In this document: piece by piece, positions 18,724 through 27,150 of the stretch
How positions within the stretch are numbered: the stretch's first letter is position 1
Layout of the letters: each line of letters opens with the position of its first letter
DNA from: an uncultured Candidatus Saccharibacteria bacterium
GTDB taxonomy: Bacteria > Patescibacteriota > CALEFQ01
Assembly: GCA_965230955.1 (NCBI GenBank)
Contig: OZ246404.1
Coordinates: forward strand, 685,426 to 749,425
Length of the DNA stretch: 64,000 bases
Direction: 5' to 3'
Notes under the pieces: model-generated
Seen by the model: the letters and a program-made list of their open reading frames with translations, nothing else
Told to the model about the DNA's origin: nothing
Database searches by the model: none
Program-made: the position numbers and the translations under genes

Positions 18724-19743
18724 TTATATTTTGGTTTCGCGTAAAAATTTGGCCGCATCTTCCGGCTTGACCACGTTGATCATAATACCGGTGCCGTACT
18801 CAAAACCGGCGCGAGTGGTCAGGTGCGGCAGGATCTCCAGATGCCAGTGATAATGATTGTATTCCTGTCCGTCACTGGGCGCGGATTGAATATAATAATT
18901 AAAAGGAGGATTATCCAGGCCGACGTAGTATTTTTTCAGAACCGCTCTCAAGCATTCGCCCAGCTGGACGCGTTCCATGTAATCGACAATTTGGAAAAAA
19001 GGATTATGGCGGCGCGGCAAGATCCAGACTTCAAAAGGATTCTGAGAAGCGTAAGGACAAAGAGCAATAAAACCCTCGTTTTCAAAAACCACGCGCTGTT
19101 TTTTTGCCTCCTTAACTTCGTTCTCGATGATCCGGCAGAAAACGCATTGCTGATGTTTCCGGTAAAAAGACGCCGCACCATCCAATTCCTGGCGCAGATA
19201 ATTGGAAATCACGGGAATGGCAAACAATTGGGAATGAGGGTGAGCCAGTGAAGCGCCGGCTTCTTGTCCGTGATTGTAAATAATCAAAACATATTTGACC
19301 AGCTCGTTGGAACAGTGGACTTGAAAACGCTCTTCGTAGGCGCGAATCATCATTTCCATTTCGGTACTGGAAAAAAGAGCCGGCGGTTTGGAATGATCGA
19401 CGGTGGCGATAATCTCGTGCCAGCCAATCGCTTGGCCGACATGATAAACTTCATGGTGCAATGATTCGAATTTTTGGCCGGGAATGAGCGCCGGAAATTT
19501 ATTCGGGAAAACCCGCACTTGCCAACCGGGCTGGTTCGGTTTACGGTTTCCGGCCGGATACGCCAAAACTTCAGCCGGAGTTTGCTTCTCGTGCCCCTCG
19601 CAAAAAAAACAACCATCAACGACTTTGGGGCCGTTCGTGGGCGGAACTTGCCTGTTTTTGGTGAAATCTTCCGGGCGTTTGGCTCGCTCCGTCGCGATAA
19701 TCACCCATTCGCCCCGCACCAAATCTTTTCTAAATTCCGGCAT
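18724..19743 (-). CDS. galT: Galactose-1-phosphate uridylyltransferase family protein
   Basis: ERAKRP, CFFCEGHE, NKFPA, GASLAHPHSQ, YHWHLEI, AGFE. Confidence 0.92.
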   Translation of the reverse strand: MPEFRKDLVRGEWVIIATERAKRPEDFTKNRQVPPTNGPKVVDGCFFCEGHEKQTPAEVLAYPAGNRKPNQPGWQVRVFPNKFPALIPGQKFESLHHEVYHVGQAIGWHEIIATVDHSKPPALFSSTEMEMMIRAYEERFQVHCSNELVKYVLIIYNHGQEAGASLAHPHSQLFAIPVISNYLRQELDGAASFYRKHQQCVFCRIIENEVKEAKKQRVVFENEGFIALCPYASQNPFEVWILPRRHNPFFQIVDYMERVQLGECLRAVLKKYYVGLDNPPFNYYIQSAPSDGQEYNHYHWHLEILPHLTTRAGFEYGTGIMINVVKPEDAAKFLRETKI

Positions 19744-19753
19744 ATTTTCTCTT

Positions 19754-19790
19754 CTTAAATCTTATATCTTATATCTTATTTCTTATTTCT
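19754..19790. repeat. Heptamer half-element, family D (TATCTTA)
   Basis: tcttaaatcttatatcttatatcttatttcttatttct. Confidence 0.65.
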
Positions 19791-19802
19791 TTCTGTAGCC
19801 CG

Positions 19803-20636
19803 TCATTGTTGCTGTTTTAATTTCTGCCACCTCTTATCCAGCCCCTCGCCTTTGATCCGGTCATACAAGCCGCTTTTTATTTGTCGTCTGATCCGCAGTA
19901 AGTCCGACATGGTATTGGTATACGAACTGCCTTTGATTAAATCCGTTTCCATGTGGTACCAGGTCACCGGCACTTCGGCGATTTTATAATTCCATTTCCG
20001 AGCCAAGGCCAAGACTTCGATATCAAAGCCCCAGCGCTCAATCGTAATCGCGGAAAAAATATCATGAGCCGCTTTTCTGGTAAAAACCTTGAAACCGCAC
20101 TGGGTATCGGAAATCCCCGGCACCGCCAGCATTCGAATCATCAGATTTCCCGCCCGCCCCATCATCTCCCGCATAAACGGCTGTTTTTTCGCCAGCTTGG
20201 CACCCTTGATGCGGCGCGAACCGATGACGACGTCATAGCCGGCTTCAAACTTGGGCCAGACTTTATCCATTTCTTCAATCCGCGTGGCATTATCGGCATC
20301 CATGAACAAAATATAATCGCCCCGCGTTTGCGCCACGCCGCGCTGAACCGTACAGCCCTTCCCCGGACACGGTTCGTGCAAAACAAAAACCGCCGAGTGC
20401 TCGACTTCGTCACGATATCGGCGCACGACCGCCGCGGTATCATCGGTCGAACCATTATCCACCACAATAATCTCGTACATGTAAGGCTGCTTTTGCAGAT
20501 ACCGATCAATATCAATCAAAGTCGGCTTGATCCGTTTGGCTTCATTGCGTGCCGGGATCACGACCGATAATTTAACCTGCTTGGGATCAGAGCCGGTAAA
20601 TCCCGGATGAATTTTCGACGAGAATTCTAGCGGCAT
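19803..20636 (-). CDS. GT2 glycosyltransferase (polyprenyl-phosphate glucosyltransferase-like)
   Basis: SVVIPARNE, VVDNGSTD, GKG, FMDAD, DTQCGFK, GFDIE. Confidence 0.9.
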   Translation of the reverse strand: MPLEFSSKIHPGFTGSDPKQVKLSVVIPARNEAKRIKPTLIDIDRYLQKQPYMYEIIVVDNGSTDDTAAVVRRYRDEVEHSAVFVLHEPCPGKGCTVQRGVAQTRGDYILFMDADNATRIEEMDKVWPKFEAGYDVVIGSRRIKGAKLAKKQPFMREMMGRAGNLMIRMLAVPGISDTQCGFKVFTRKAAHDIFSAITIERWGFDIEVLALARKWNYKIAEVPVTWYHMETDLIKGSSYTNTMSDLLRIRRQIKSGLYDRIKGEGLDKRWQKLKQQQ

Positions 20637-20720
20637 AAAAAAGTATTAATTGCTGAAATTTTTATCCTGCCCCGGCTTCATCCGGAAATTATTTTCGCGC
20701 TTGAACATCGGGCGGACAAA

Positions 20721-21131
20721 TCACTCCTCTGGAATATTATCTTGGACTGAATCCAAGTAGGCTTGTAATATCACCTGGGCGCTCAACGAATCAATCGAAG
20801 CTTTGGGATTCTCGCGTTGTAAACGCTGGGCCGCCTGGGTGCTGAGACGCTCATCGGCTAAATGCACGGGGATTTTGGTTTCGGCCGCCAATCGATCGGC
20901 AAAGCTCCTCGCCCGCCGCGCCGCCATCTCGCTGGTGCCGCGCAAGGAGAGCGGCCAGCCAACCACCACCTCGGTGATTTCCTCGTCAATAATCAGCCGT
21001 TGTAAATCGGTAATCAGCTGATCGTCATTTTGCCGTCTCAGCGGTGAGCGAGCCAGAGAAATCCGCGTCTCGCCATCGCCCGTCGCCAAACCGATATTTT
21101 TTTCGCCGTAATCGATACCGAGTAAACGCAT
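20721..21131 (-). CDS. ruvX: YqgF/RuvX family nuclease
   Basis: LGIDYGEKNIG, VVGWP, DERLST, DSLSAQVILQ. Confidence 0.93.
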   Translation of the reverse strand: MRLLGIDYGEKNIGLATGDGETRISLARSPLRRQNDDQLITDLQRLIIDEEITEVVVGWPLSLRGTSEMAARRARSFADRLAAETKIPVHLADERLSTQAAQRLQRENPKASIDSLSAQVILQAYLDSVQDNIPEE

Positions 21132-21133
21132 AA

Positions 21134-21877
21134 TTATTCCGTTAGAACTTCACAGCCGTCCGCCGTGACCGCTACCGTGTGCTCGAAATGAGCATTGAGG
21201 CGTCCGTCAGCCGAAACAAAAGTCCAGCCGTCAGGCAAGCATTTGACTTCCGGCTGACCGAGAGCCAGCATCGGTTCGATCGCCAGGGTCATCCCCTCTT
21301 TTAATTTTATCCCTTTGCCGGGCGTTCCGAAATTAGGAATCTGGGGCTCTTCATGGACCCGGTGTCCGACCCCATGCCCGACCAAATCGCGAATGACGCT
21401 ATAGCCCTGCTCATCGGCCACTCTTTCCACCGCCGCTCCGATATCGCCCAGAGTATTGCCGGGCTTCACTTGCTGAATCGCCGCCGCTAAAGATTTTTCG
21501 GTTGTATCGATCAGTTTTTGGACGGAACCGGGACCGCGGACAACCAATTGAGATAAAGCCGCATCGGTATATAGCCCTTTATAGCGCACCCCTAAATCCA
21601 GACTGATCAGATCACCTTTTTTTATTAAACGATTGCCAGGAATGCCGTGGACTATTTGGTCATTAAGTGAAACACACAAAGCGGCCGGATAACCCTGAAA
21701 ATTTTTGAAGGACGGTTCGGCCCCGCGCTTGGCCAGCTCTTGCTCGACAAATATTTCTAATTCTTTAGTCTTTATGCCGGGCTTAATTCGTCCGGCCGCT
21801 AAATTTAAAACTTCAGCTAAAATTCGCCCGCCCGCGCGCATTTTCGCGATTTCTTCGGTTGTTTTGATCAGTCCCAA
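21134..21877 (-). CDS. map: Methionine aminopeptidase type I
   Basis: CVSLND..VHGIP, GHGVG..VHEEP, AIEPM, AHFEHT. Confidence 0.96.
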   Translation of the reverse strand: MGLIKTTEEIAKMRAGGRILAEVLNLAAGRIKPGIKTKELEIFVEQELAKRGAEPSFKNFQGYPAALCVSLNDQIVHGIPGNRLIKKGDLISLDLGVRYKGLYTDAALSQLVVRGPGSVQKLIDTTEKSLAAAIQQVKPGNTLGDIGAAVERVADEQGYSVIRDLVGHGVGHRVHEEPQIPNFGTPGKGIKLKEGMTLAIEPMLALGQPEVKCLPDGWTFVSADGRLNAHFEHTVAVTADGCEVLTE

Positions 21878-21989
21878 GGCTTTGAATTACGCAAAAACGG
21901 TCTTTTCCAGCGAGCCGGAAAAGCGATTTTTCCTTTAAAATTATAACATTTTAACTATAATTCTTCAATTTTCAAAAGGGGAAAACTAT

Positions 21990-22052
21990 TCAATTAAAAA
22001 CATGAAATTGTAATCTTGATTTTGCATTTTGAATTATGAATTCTGAATTTCT
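21990..22052. repeat. Heptamer element, family E (degenerate)
   Basis: ttttgcattttgaattatgaattctgaatt. Confidence 0.5.
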
Positions 22053-22053
22053 T

Positions 22054-22091
22054 AAAAAAAATCTCCCCACCCGGTTACCCAGGCAGGGAGA
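22054..22091 (-). terminator. Intrinsic terminator
   Basis: 13-bp RNA stem with G-U pairs (UCUCCCUGCCUGG-GUAA-CCGGGUGGGGAGA) plus U-tract. Confidence 0.75.
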
Positions 22092-22105
22092 AAAATTCAC
22101 ACGGT

Positions 22106-22861
22106 CTAGAACTCCTCAACCCCCAGCGGAAAACACCCGAGAAGGCTGAGACGACCGCCATCACCGCAGTCCCAGTCGATGCAAAAGAGGCCATTACCAT
22201 CGAAGCCGCCGATCAGCAGGCGCAAATCATCCGAACGCACCGTATCGGTTCGTACCCAGTTGCAGTCCAGCGGAACCCGCTCGCCGATGCGTTTGAAGTG
22301 GGAGAGGATCAGGCCGGAGAGCAGAGCGGCGCTACCGAAATTGGAAAGGTGATGCTCGGGAAGCGAATGAGCTTGCCGGAGATCTGCTAAAAGCTGGAGC
22401 TGCTCATCTTTGTTCTTTCCCGTGCTGTTGGCAACCAACCGAGGCACGAAGAAGACCAGAGCATCAGGCGTCGGCTCGTCATTCTTGAGCTCACAATCCT
22501 GCAAGTACCCGAACCCCTCATAGCAGGGACCGGCCAGCGGGGCGTGAACCTTCAGGATGAAACCGGCACGCACCAGAATCGCTACCGGCCCGGTGTAGCC
22601 CAGGCTGGTCGCAATCTGGCGCCATTCCCGAACAACACGCTCCGCCTCAGTGCGCTCGTAACCCTTGCGGGACACCAGCATCTCGATCGCCTCTTCGTCG
22701 GAAAAGTAAGTAAAGTAAGTCGACTCCACCACACGTCGCACGAGATCTGCCGCGAACGCCTTGAGGTCATCGAGATGATCCACCAGCACGACTAACTCTT
22801 CGTCGGTCAGCTGATCGAGCACGGCGACCACGCCTTTGAAACTCGCTTTTCTTTCTTTCAC
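22106..22861 (-). CDS. Hypothetical protein, candidate DGR variable (target) protein
   Basis: GTG start at 22861 behind AGGAGG. C-terminus WVRTD...RLLIGGFDGNGLFCIDWDCGDGGRLSLLGCFPLG resembles CLec-fold variable regions. Confidence 0.65.
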   Translation of the reverse strand: MKERKASFKGVVAVLDQLTDEELVVLVDHLDDLKAFAADLVRRVVESTYFTYFSDEEAIEMLVSRKGYERTEAERVVREWRQIATSLGYTGPVAILVRAGFILKVHAPLAGPCYEGFGYLQDCELKNDEPTPDALVFFVPRLVANSTGKNKDEQLQLLADLRQAHSLPEHHLSNFGSAALLSGLILSHFKRIGERVPLDCNWVRTDTVRSDDLRLLIGGFDGNGLFCIDWDCGDGGRLSLLGCFPLGVEEF

Positions 22862-22890
22862 ATTGTCCTCCTTTTCCCGAAATGGGAAAA

Positions 22891-23013
22891 CGCCCTTCGG
22901 CGGGATATTTTTTCTGCTATCCAAATTTTTATCATCTGCCCCTGTTATGCAGGGCATCCTTCCATTTCGCCTCGCTCAGGGTCAGGAGACTCAGTCAATT
23001 TACCTTTTGCATT
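22891..23013. repeat. ~125-bp direct repeat, copy 1
   Basis: Near-identical to 23665-23788 (cggcgggatattttttctgctatccaaatttttatcatctgcc...cgctcagggtcaggagactcagtcaattt). Confidence 0.95.
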
Positions 23014-23033
23014 ATTTCGTCTCATCCCAATAC

Positions 23034-23062
23034 TTGACAAAAACAGCGAAAGAGAGTATAGT
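23034..23062 (+). promoter_or_regulatory. Sigma70-type promoter
   Basis: TTGACA-17 nt-TATAGT. Confidence 0.75.
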
Positions 23063-23129
23063 GTATATATCGAAATTACCGTTTTTCCAATTCTGGTCAG
23101 CAGTTTATTGACTGCAAGGAGGTACGCAA

Positions 23130-23597
23130 ATGAAATACAGTTTTGGTGTGTTGGCGCTGGTTCTACTGTCTGCCTTTAATTCCGTGCTCGCTGATGCCGT
23201 TGACTTTCCGCCCGGTAACAACAAAAAGATGCCCGAAGTAGGATTGGCCGCTGCCGAGGATTACGGAGATCGACAGTTTGCAGCGTGGTTACCTTACTTC
23301 CCAAGCGACAAGGATCACGGTACCTTCGAAGTAAGCACCCGCTACACTCTGTTCGTGCTAATCCCGGAGAGCTTTGGACCCGGCGCAACCGTCAAGGTTT
23401 CGGTCAGTCGTGAAGACGCAAAGGTTCCAATCGATGCTGAAGTTCTACTTTTATCAGAAAAGCTGACAACACATTTTCCCTTAGCGCCTGATGGCATCTT
23501 ACGTATTCCCGACAGTGGCGCCTCAATCATGTTACGCGCGCTACCGCCCCTGACCGTCAAATTCGAGAAAGTACCGAGCCTAACGGACGCGCAGTAG
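23130..23597 (+). CDS. Hypothetical secreted protein
   Basis: AAGGAGG RBS, signal peptide MKYSFGVLALVLLSAFNSVLA, own promoter and terminator. Confidence 0.8.
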   Translation: MKYSFGVLALVLLSAFNSVLADAVDFPPGNNKKMPEVGLAAAEDYGDRQFAAWLPYFPSDKDHGTFEVSTRYTLFVLIPESFGPGATVKVSVSREDAKVPIDAEVLLLSEKLTTHFPLAPDGILRIPDSGASIMLRALPPLTVKFEKVPSLTDAQ

Positions 23598-23610
23598 CGC
23601 ACAACATCAG

Positions 23611-23654
23611 ACGGAGTACCCCAGCCACTATGGCCGGTACTCCGTTCTTTTTTT
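23611..23654 (+). terminator. Intrinsic terminator
   Basis: ACGGAGTACC...GGTACTCCGT stem plus T-run. Confidence 0.75.
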
Positions 23655-23664
23655 ATAAAAAAAC

Positions 23665-23788
23665 CGCCTCTCGGCGGGATATTTTTTCTGCTATCCAAAT
23701 TTTTATCATCTGCCTCTGTTATCTAAGGGATCCTTACCCTTCGCTTCGCTCAGGGTCAGGAGACTCAGTCAATTTTACCTTTTGCATT
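23665..23788. repeat. ~125-bp direct repeat, copy 2 (immediately 3' of secY)
   Basis: Near-identical to 22891-23013. On the minus strand it ends in a CCGCCGAGAGGCGG-T7 terminator-like hairpin. Confidence 0.95.
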
Positions 23789-23798
23789 TTACCTTTAT

Positions 23799-25082
23799 CT
23801 AGAACCCCTCGTAATCCCTCATCACCAACTGCGCGTCCAGCTGTTTCATCGTTTCAAGAATTACACTGACCACGATCAAGAGTGCGGTGCCGCCCAAAGT
23901 CAGGGTCTGCACGCCAGTGATAAATTGGATAGTGAGCGGTAAAACCGCAATGATTCCCAGGAAAATCGAACCGGTCAGAGTAATGCGATTAGTAATCTTT
24001 TTAAGATAATCGGCTGTATTTTTACCCGGCCGGATTCCCGGAATAAAGCCGCCGTTCTTCTGGATATTTTCGGAAATATATTTGGGATCGAAGGTGACGG
24101 AAGTATAGAAATAAGTAAACGCAATAACCAAAATGAAATAGAAAATCCCGTAAAAAAGCTGATTTTGGAATAAATCGGCCACTTTTTGGGCACCAGTCGC
24201 GACCCAGCCCCAATTAAGACCGGCGACAAACTGAGCGATAACGCCAGGGAAAAGCATAATGGAGATGGCGAAGATAATAGGCATAACTCCGGCTTGATTG
24301 ACCCGCAAAGGCAAATGCGCCGACGTGCCGCCGTACATTTTGCGTCCGCGCACCCGTTTGGCATAAGACACTGGTATATTTCGCTGGCCTTCCGTCAGCA
24401 AAACCACACCGGCGATGGTGACCACTGCGATGGCGCCAAAAGCGATAATACCGGTCAATTGGGTCGGATCAAAAACCGCTACCGTTTGCTGAAGTTCGGC
24501 CGGCAAACGAGCAATAATACCGGCAAAGATCAGCAGTGAAATTCCGTTGCCGACTCCCTTTTCTGAAATCATTTCTCCGATCCACATCAGGAAGATCGTA
24601 CCGCCGGTAACCGTCACGATAATCGTGACAAAATTCCAAAAACTCAAATTGGTAATCAGAGGCACCGGGCCGCGATTAAGTAAGCTAATCAAACTATAAG
24701 CCTGGAGAGCCGCCAGCGGCACAGTCAAATAACGGGTCCAGCGGTTGATCTTGCGGCGTCCTTCTTCCCCTTCTTCCTTGGCGATTTTTTCCAATTTTGG
24801 AATGACCATCGTCAAGAGCTGCAAGATGATGGACGCGGTGATGTAAGGACCGACGCCCAACATGACGATCGACAGGTTATCCAAACCGCCGCCGGAAAAA
24901 ATATTCAATAAACCGAAAAGCTGATTGTTCTGCATGAACGACCGTAAAGCATCGACATCGACGCCCGGCACCGGAATGGCCGCCGCCACACGAAAGACGA
25001 TCAACATCGCCAGGGTAAACAAAATTTTGTTCCGGATCGACGGAATTTTGAAAATCTGGACGATTTTTTGATACCAAGCCAT
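23799..25082 (-). CDS. secY: Preprotein translocase subunit SecY
   Basis: LGVGPYITASI, GVGNGISL, AGVMPIIFA, IPGIRPG, GGTALLIVV. Confidence 0.98.
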   Translation of the reverse strand: MAWYQKIVQIFKIPSIRNKILFTLAMLIVFRVAAAIPVPGVDVDALRSFMQNNQLFGLLNIFSGGGLDNLSIVMLGVGPYITASIILQLLTMVIPKLEKIAKEEGEEGRRKINRWTRYLTVPLAALQAYSLISLLNRGPVPLITNLSFWNFVTIIVTVTGGTIFLMWIGEMISEKGVGNGISLLIFAGIIARLPAELQQTVAVFDPTQLTGIIAFGAIAVVTIAGVVLLTEGQRNIPVSYAKRVRGRKMYGGTSAHLPLRVNQAGVMPIIFAISIMLFPGVIAQFVAGLNWGWVATGAQKVADLFQNQLFYGIFYFILVIAFTYFYTSVTFDPKYISENIQKNGGFIPGIRPGKNTADYLKKITNRITLTGSIFLGIIAVLPLTIQFITGVQTLTLGGTALLIVVSVILETMKQLDAQLVMRDYEGF

Positions 25083-25086
25083 GTTT

Positions 25087-25140
25087 TAGTCTTTGGTCGT
25101 TAGTCTTTGGTCTTTGGTCTTTTGTCGCTTGTCTTTGGTT
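25087..25140. repeat. Heptamer half-element, family A, overlapping the rplO 3' end
   Basis: tagtctttggtcgttagtctttggtctttggtcttttgtcgcttgtctttgg. Confidence 0.75.
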
Positions 25141-25624
25141 TTTCAGACTGGGCGGTTGTTTTCGGCTGTCCGACTGTCTCTATCTTTCCGCCAGACTTGA
25201 GAATCGCCGCTTGCGCTGACTGGCTGAAAGAGATATTTCGAAAACGCATAGAATCAATTTTCCCGGCACCGATAATTTTGGCGCCGCCGCGAGAAGCTTT
25301 GATTAAACCGCGCTGGCATAATGATTTCGGAGTAACCAATTCCCCGTCTTTGAAATGCTTGGCCAAACGGCTCAAACTGACTTCCTCGGCATAAAAACGA
25401 GCGGTTCGCGCGCGAGGATTCTTGTAACCCATACCGCGCAATTTGGGAATTCTCTCGACCAACGACGTCTGTTCGCCTTCAAAACCCAGGCGTTGTCGAC
25501 CGCCGCTGCGCGATAGTTGTCCTTTTTGACCTCGGCCGGATTTGGCGCCTTTGCCACTACCAATACCGCGTCCCCGGCGAAGCTTCTTGTGCTGACGAAA
25601 AATTTTGATATCGTTTATTCTCAT
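25100..25624 (-). CDS. rplO: 50S ribosomal protein L15
   Basis: RGRGIGSGKG..SGRGQKGQ..R..FEG. Confidence 0.95.
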   Translation of the reverse strand: MRINDIKIFRQHKKLRRGRGIGSGKGAKSGRGQKGQLSRSGGRQRLGFEGEQTSLVERIPKLRGMGYKNPRARTARFYAEEVSLSRLAKHFKDGELVTPKSLCQRGLIKASRGGAKIIGAGKIDSMRFRNISFSQSAQAAILKSGGKIETVGQPKTTAQSEKPKTSDKRPKTKD

Positions 25625-26223
25625 TTTTTTGATACAGGTTTAACGGGCGGCTTCGCCGGAACAGCCGGCTTGGACGCCGGGCGATCTGTTTTCGGCTGGC
25701 GCACACCCAACTCCGACAAGGTCTTGCCGCGCGTGGTAGCTACTGTTTGAGGCATTCGCAACGCGGAGAGCGCCAACAAAGTAGCGCGGATATTGTTGAT
25801 CTTGTTGGCAGAACCGAGCATCTTGCTCAGCAAGTTTTTGATCCCGGCCAATTCCGCCACGGCGCGCACACCGCCGCCGGCAATAATACCGGTACCCGGA
25901 CGAGCCGGTTTCAAGAATACCGAGGCACTGCTGTATTTGTAAGTGATTTCATGAGGAATTGTTTCATTGACCAGCGGCACCATAATAAAATTCTTCTTCG
26001 CTTGGTTTACCGCTTTCGCGATCGCCGTCGTCACGTCCGGTCCCTTGGCCACACCCATACCGACTTTTCCCTTACGATCACCAATCACAATAGTAGCCCG
26101 AAAACGAAAACGTTTACCGCCCTTGACGACGCGAGCCACCCGAGCGACATCCACCAGCGATTGGTCAAAATCACGCGGTTTACGGCTTCCACCCCGGCGA
26201 CCGAATTGTTTCTTTTCACTCAT
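25621..26223 (-). CDS. rpsE: 30S ribosomal protein S5
   Basis: RVARVVKGGKRFRF, PGTGIIAGG. Confidence 0.97.
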   Translation of the reverse strand: MSEKKQFGRRGGSRKPRDFDQSLVDVARVARVVKGGKRFRFRATIVIGDRKGKVGMGVAKGPDVTTAIAKAVNQAKKNFIMVPLVNETIPHEITYKYSSASVFLKPARPGTGIIAGGGVRAVAELAGIKNLLSKMLGSANKINNIRATLLALSALRMPQTVATTRGKTLSELGVRQPKTDRPASKPAVPAKPPVKPVSKK

Positions 26224-26232
26224 AGTAAAAAA

Positions 26233-26583
26233 TTAAAATTTCAAACCGCCCTCACGGGCGCCTTCGGCCAAAGACTTAACCAAACCATGATAAGCATACG
26301 CGCCTCGATCAAAAGCCACTTCCAGCACTTTTTTCTTGGCCGCGCGATCGGCCACCAATTTACCCACCAGCTTGGCTCGCTCCATACCGGATTTACCTTT
26401 TACTTCCAGATCAGAAGCACTGACCAATGTTTGCTGTTTTTTATCATCAATAATCTGAGCCGTCAGGTGTTTGGAACTGCGAAAAACGCACAAGCGAGGA
26501 CGAAGCGACGTCCCCCGAAGCTTGGTACGCACCCGATGAGCCCGTTTCTGGCGCAGAATCAATTTATTGCTTAGTTCTTTCAT
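26233..26583 (-). CDS. rplR: 50S ribosomal protein L18
   Basis: [22 protein letters not shown]. Confidence 0.97.
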   Translation of the reverse strand: MKELSNKLILRQKRAHRVRTKLRGTSLRPRLCVFRSSKHLTAQIIDDKKQQTLVSASDLEVKGKSGMERAKLVGKLVADRAAKKKVLEVAFDRGAYAYHGLVKSLAEGAREGGLKF

Positions 26584-26594
26584 AAATATTTAAT

Positions 26595-27146
26595 TTAAGC
26601 GCTACCTTCGGCAGCGGCGGCTTTCTTTCCTTCCTTGCGACGAACATGCTCGTCGGAATATTTTATACCTTTGCCTTTATATGGTTCCGGCGGTTTTAAT
26701 CCCCGGACTTCAGCCGCGAATTGTCCCAGTAATTCTTTTTTGATGCTGGTCAAAATCAGGACATTTTTAACGACCTTCGCCTCAATTCCTTCCGGGATCA
26801 CAATTTCGATCGGATGAGAAAACCCCAAATTGAGAGTCAGCTTTTTACCCTGGACCGCCACGCGGAAACCTACCCCCGTCAGCTCGAGCTTTTTTTCATA
26901 TCCCTGACTGACGCCGATAATCAAATTAGCGACCAATGAGCGCTCTAACCCCCAGAGCATCATGGCGTGTTCTCGTTGGGCATCAACCGTCAGTATTACC
27001 TTGCCCTGATCCGCTTTGACCGTCACGCCCGGATGAAGCGTATGCTTCAACTCGCCTTTACCGCCCTTAACCGAAAGCTGCTGTCCGTTGATTTTAATTT
27101 CAACACCAGCCGGGACAACGATAGGTTTTCGTCCAATCTTTGACAT
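26595..27146 (-). CDS. rplF: 50S ribosomal protein L6
   Basis: MSKIGRKPI, LGFSHP, PEPYKGKGI; start set at ATG 27146. Confidence 0.97.
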   Translation of the reverse strand: MSKIGRKPIVVPAGVEIKINGQQLSVKGGKGELKHTLHPGVTVKADQGKVILTVDAQREHAMMLWGLERSLVANLIIGVSQGYEKKLELTGVGFRVAVQGKKLTLNLGFSHPIEIVIPEGIEAKVVKNVLILTSIKKELLGQFAAEVRGLKPPEPYKGKGIKYSDEHVRRKEGKKAAAAEGSA

Positions 27147-27150
27147 AAAT

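Noticed and set aside
22062-22091. Hairpin as a DGR target-recognition DNA cruciform
   Set aside because: The stem depends on G-U pairs and has a U-tract, which fits an RNA terminator better
25747-26574. Long antisense ORFs over ribosomal and metabolic genes (e.g. 25747..26574, 31252..31980, 35132..35788)
   Set aside because: Shadow ORFs opposite well-supported genes, with no motifs
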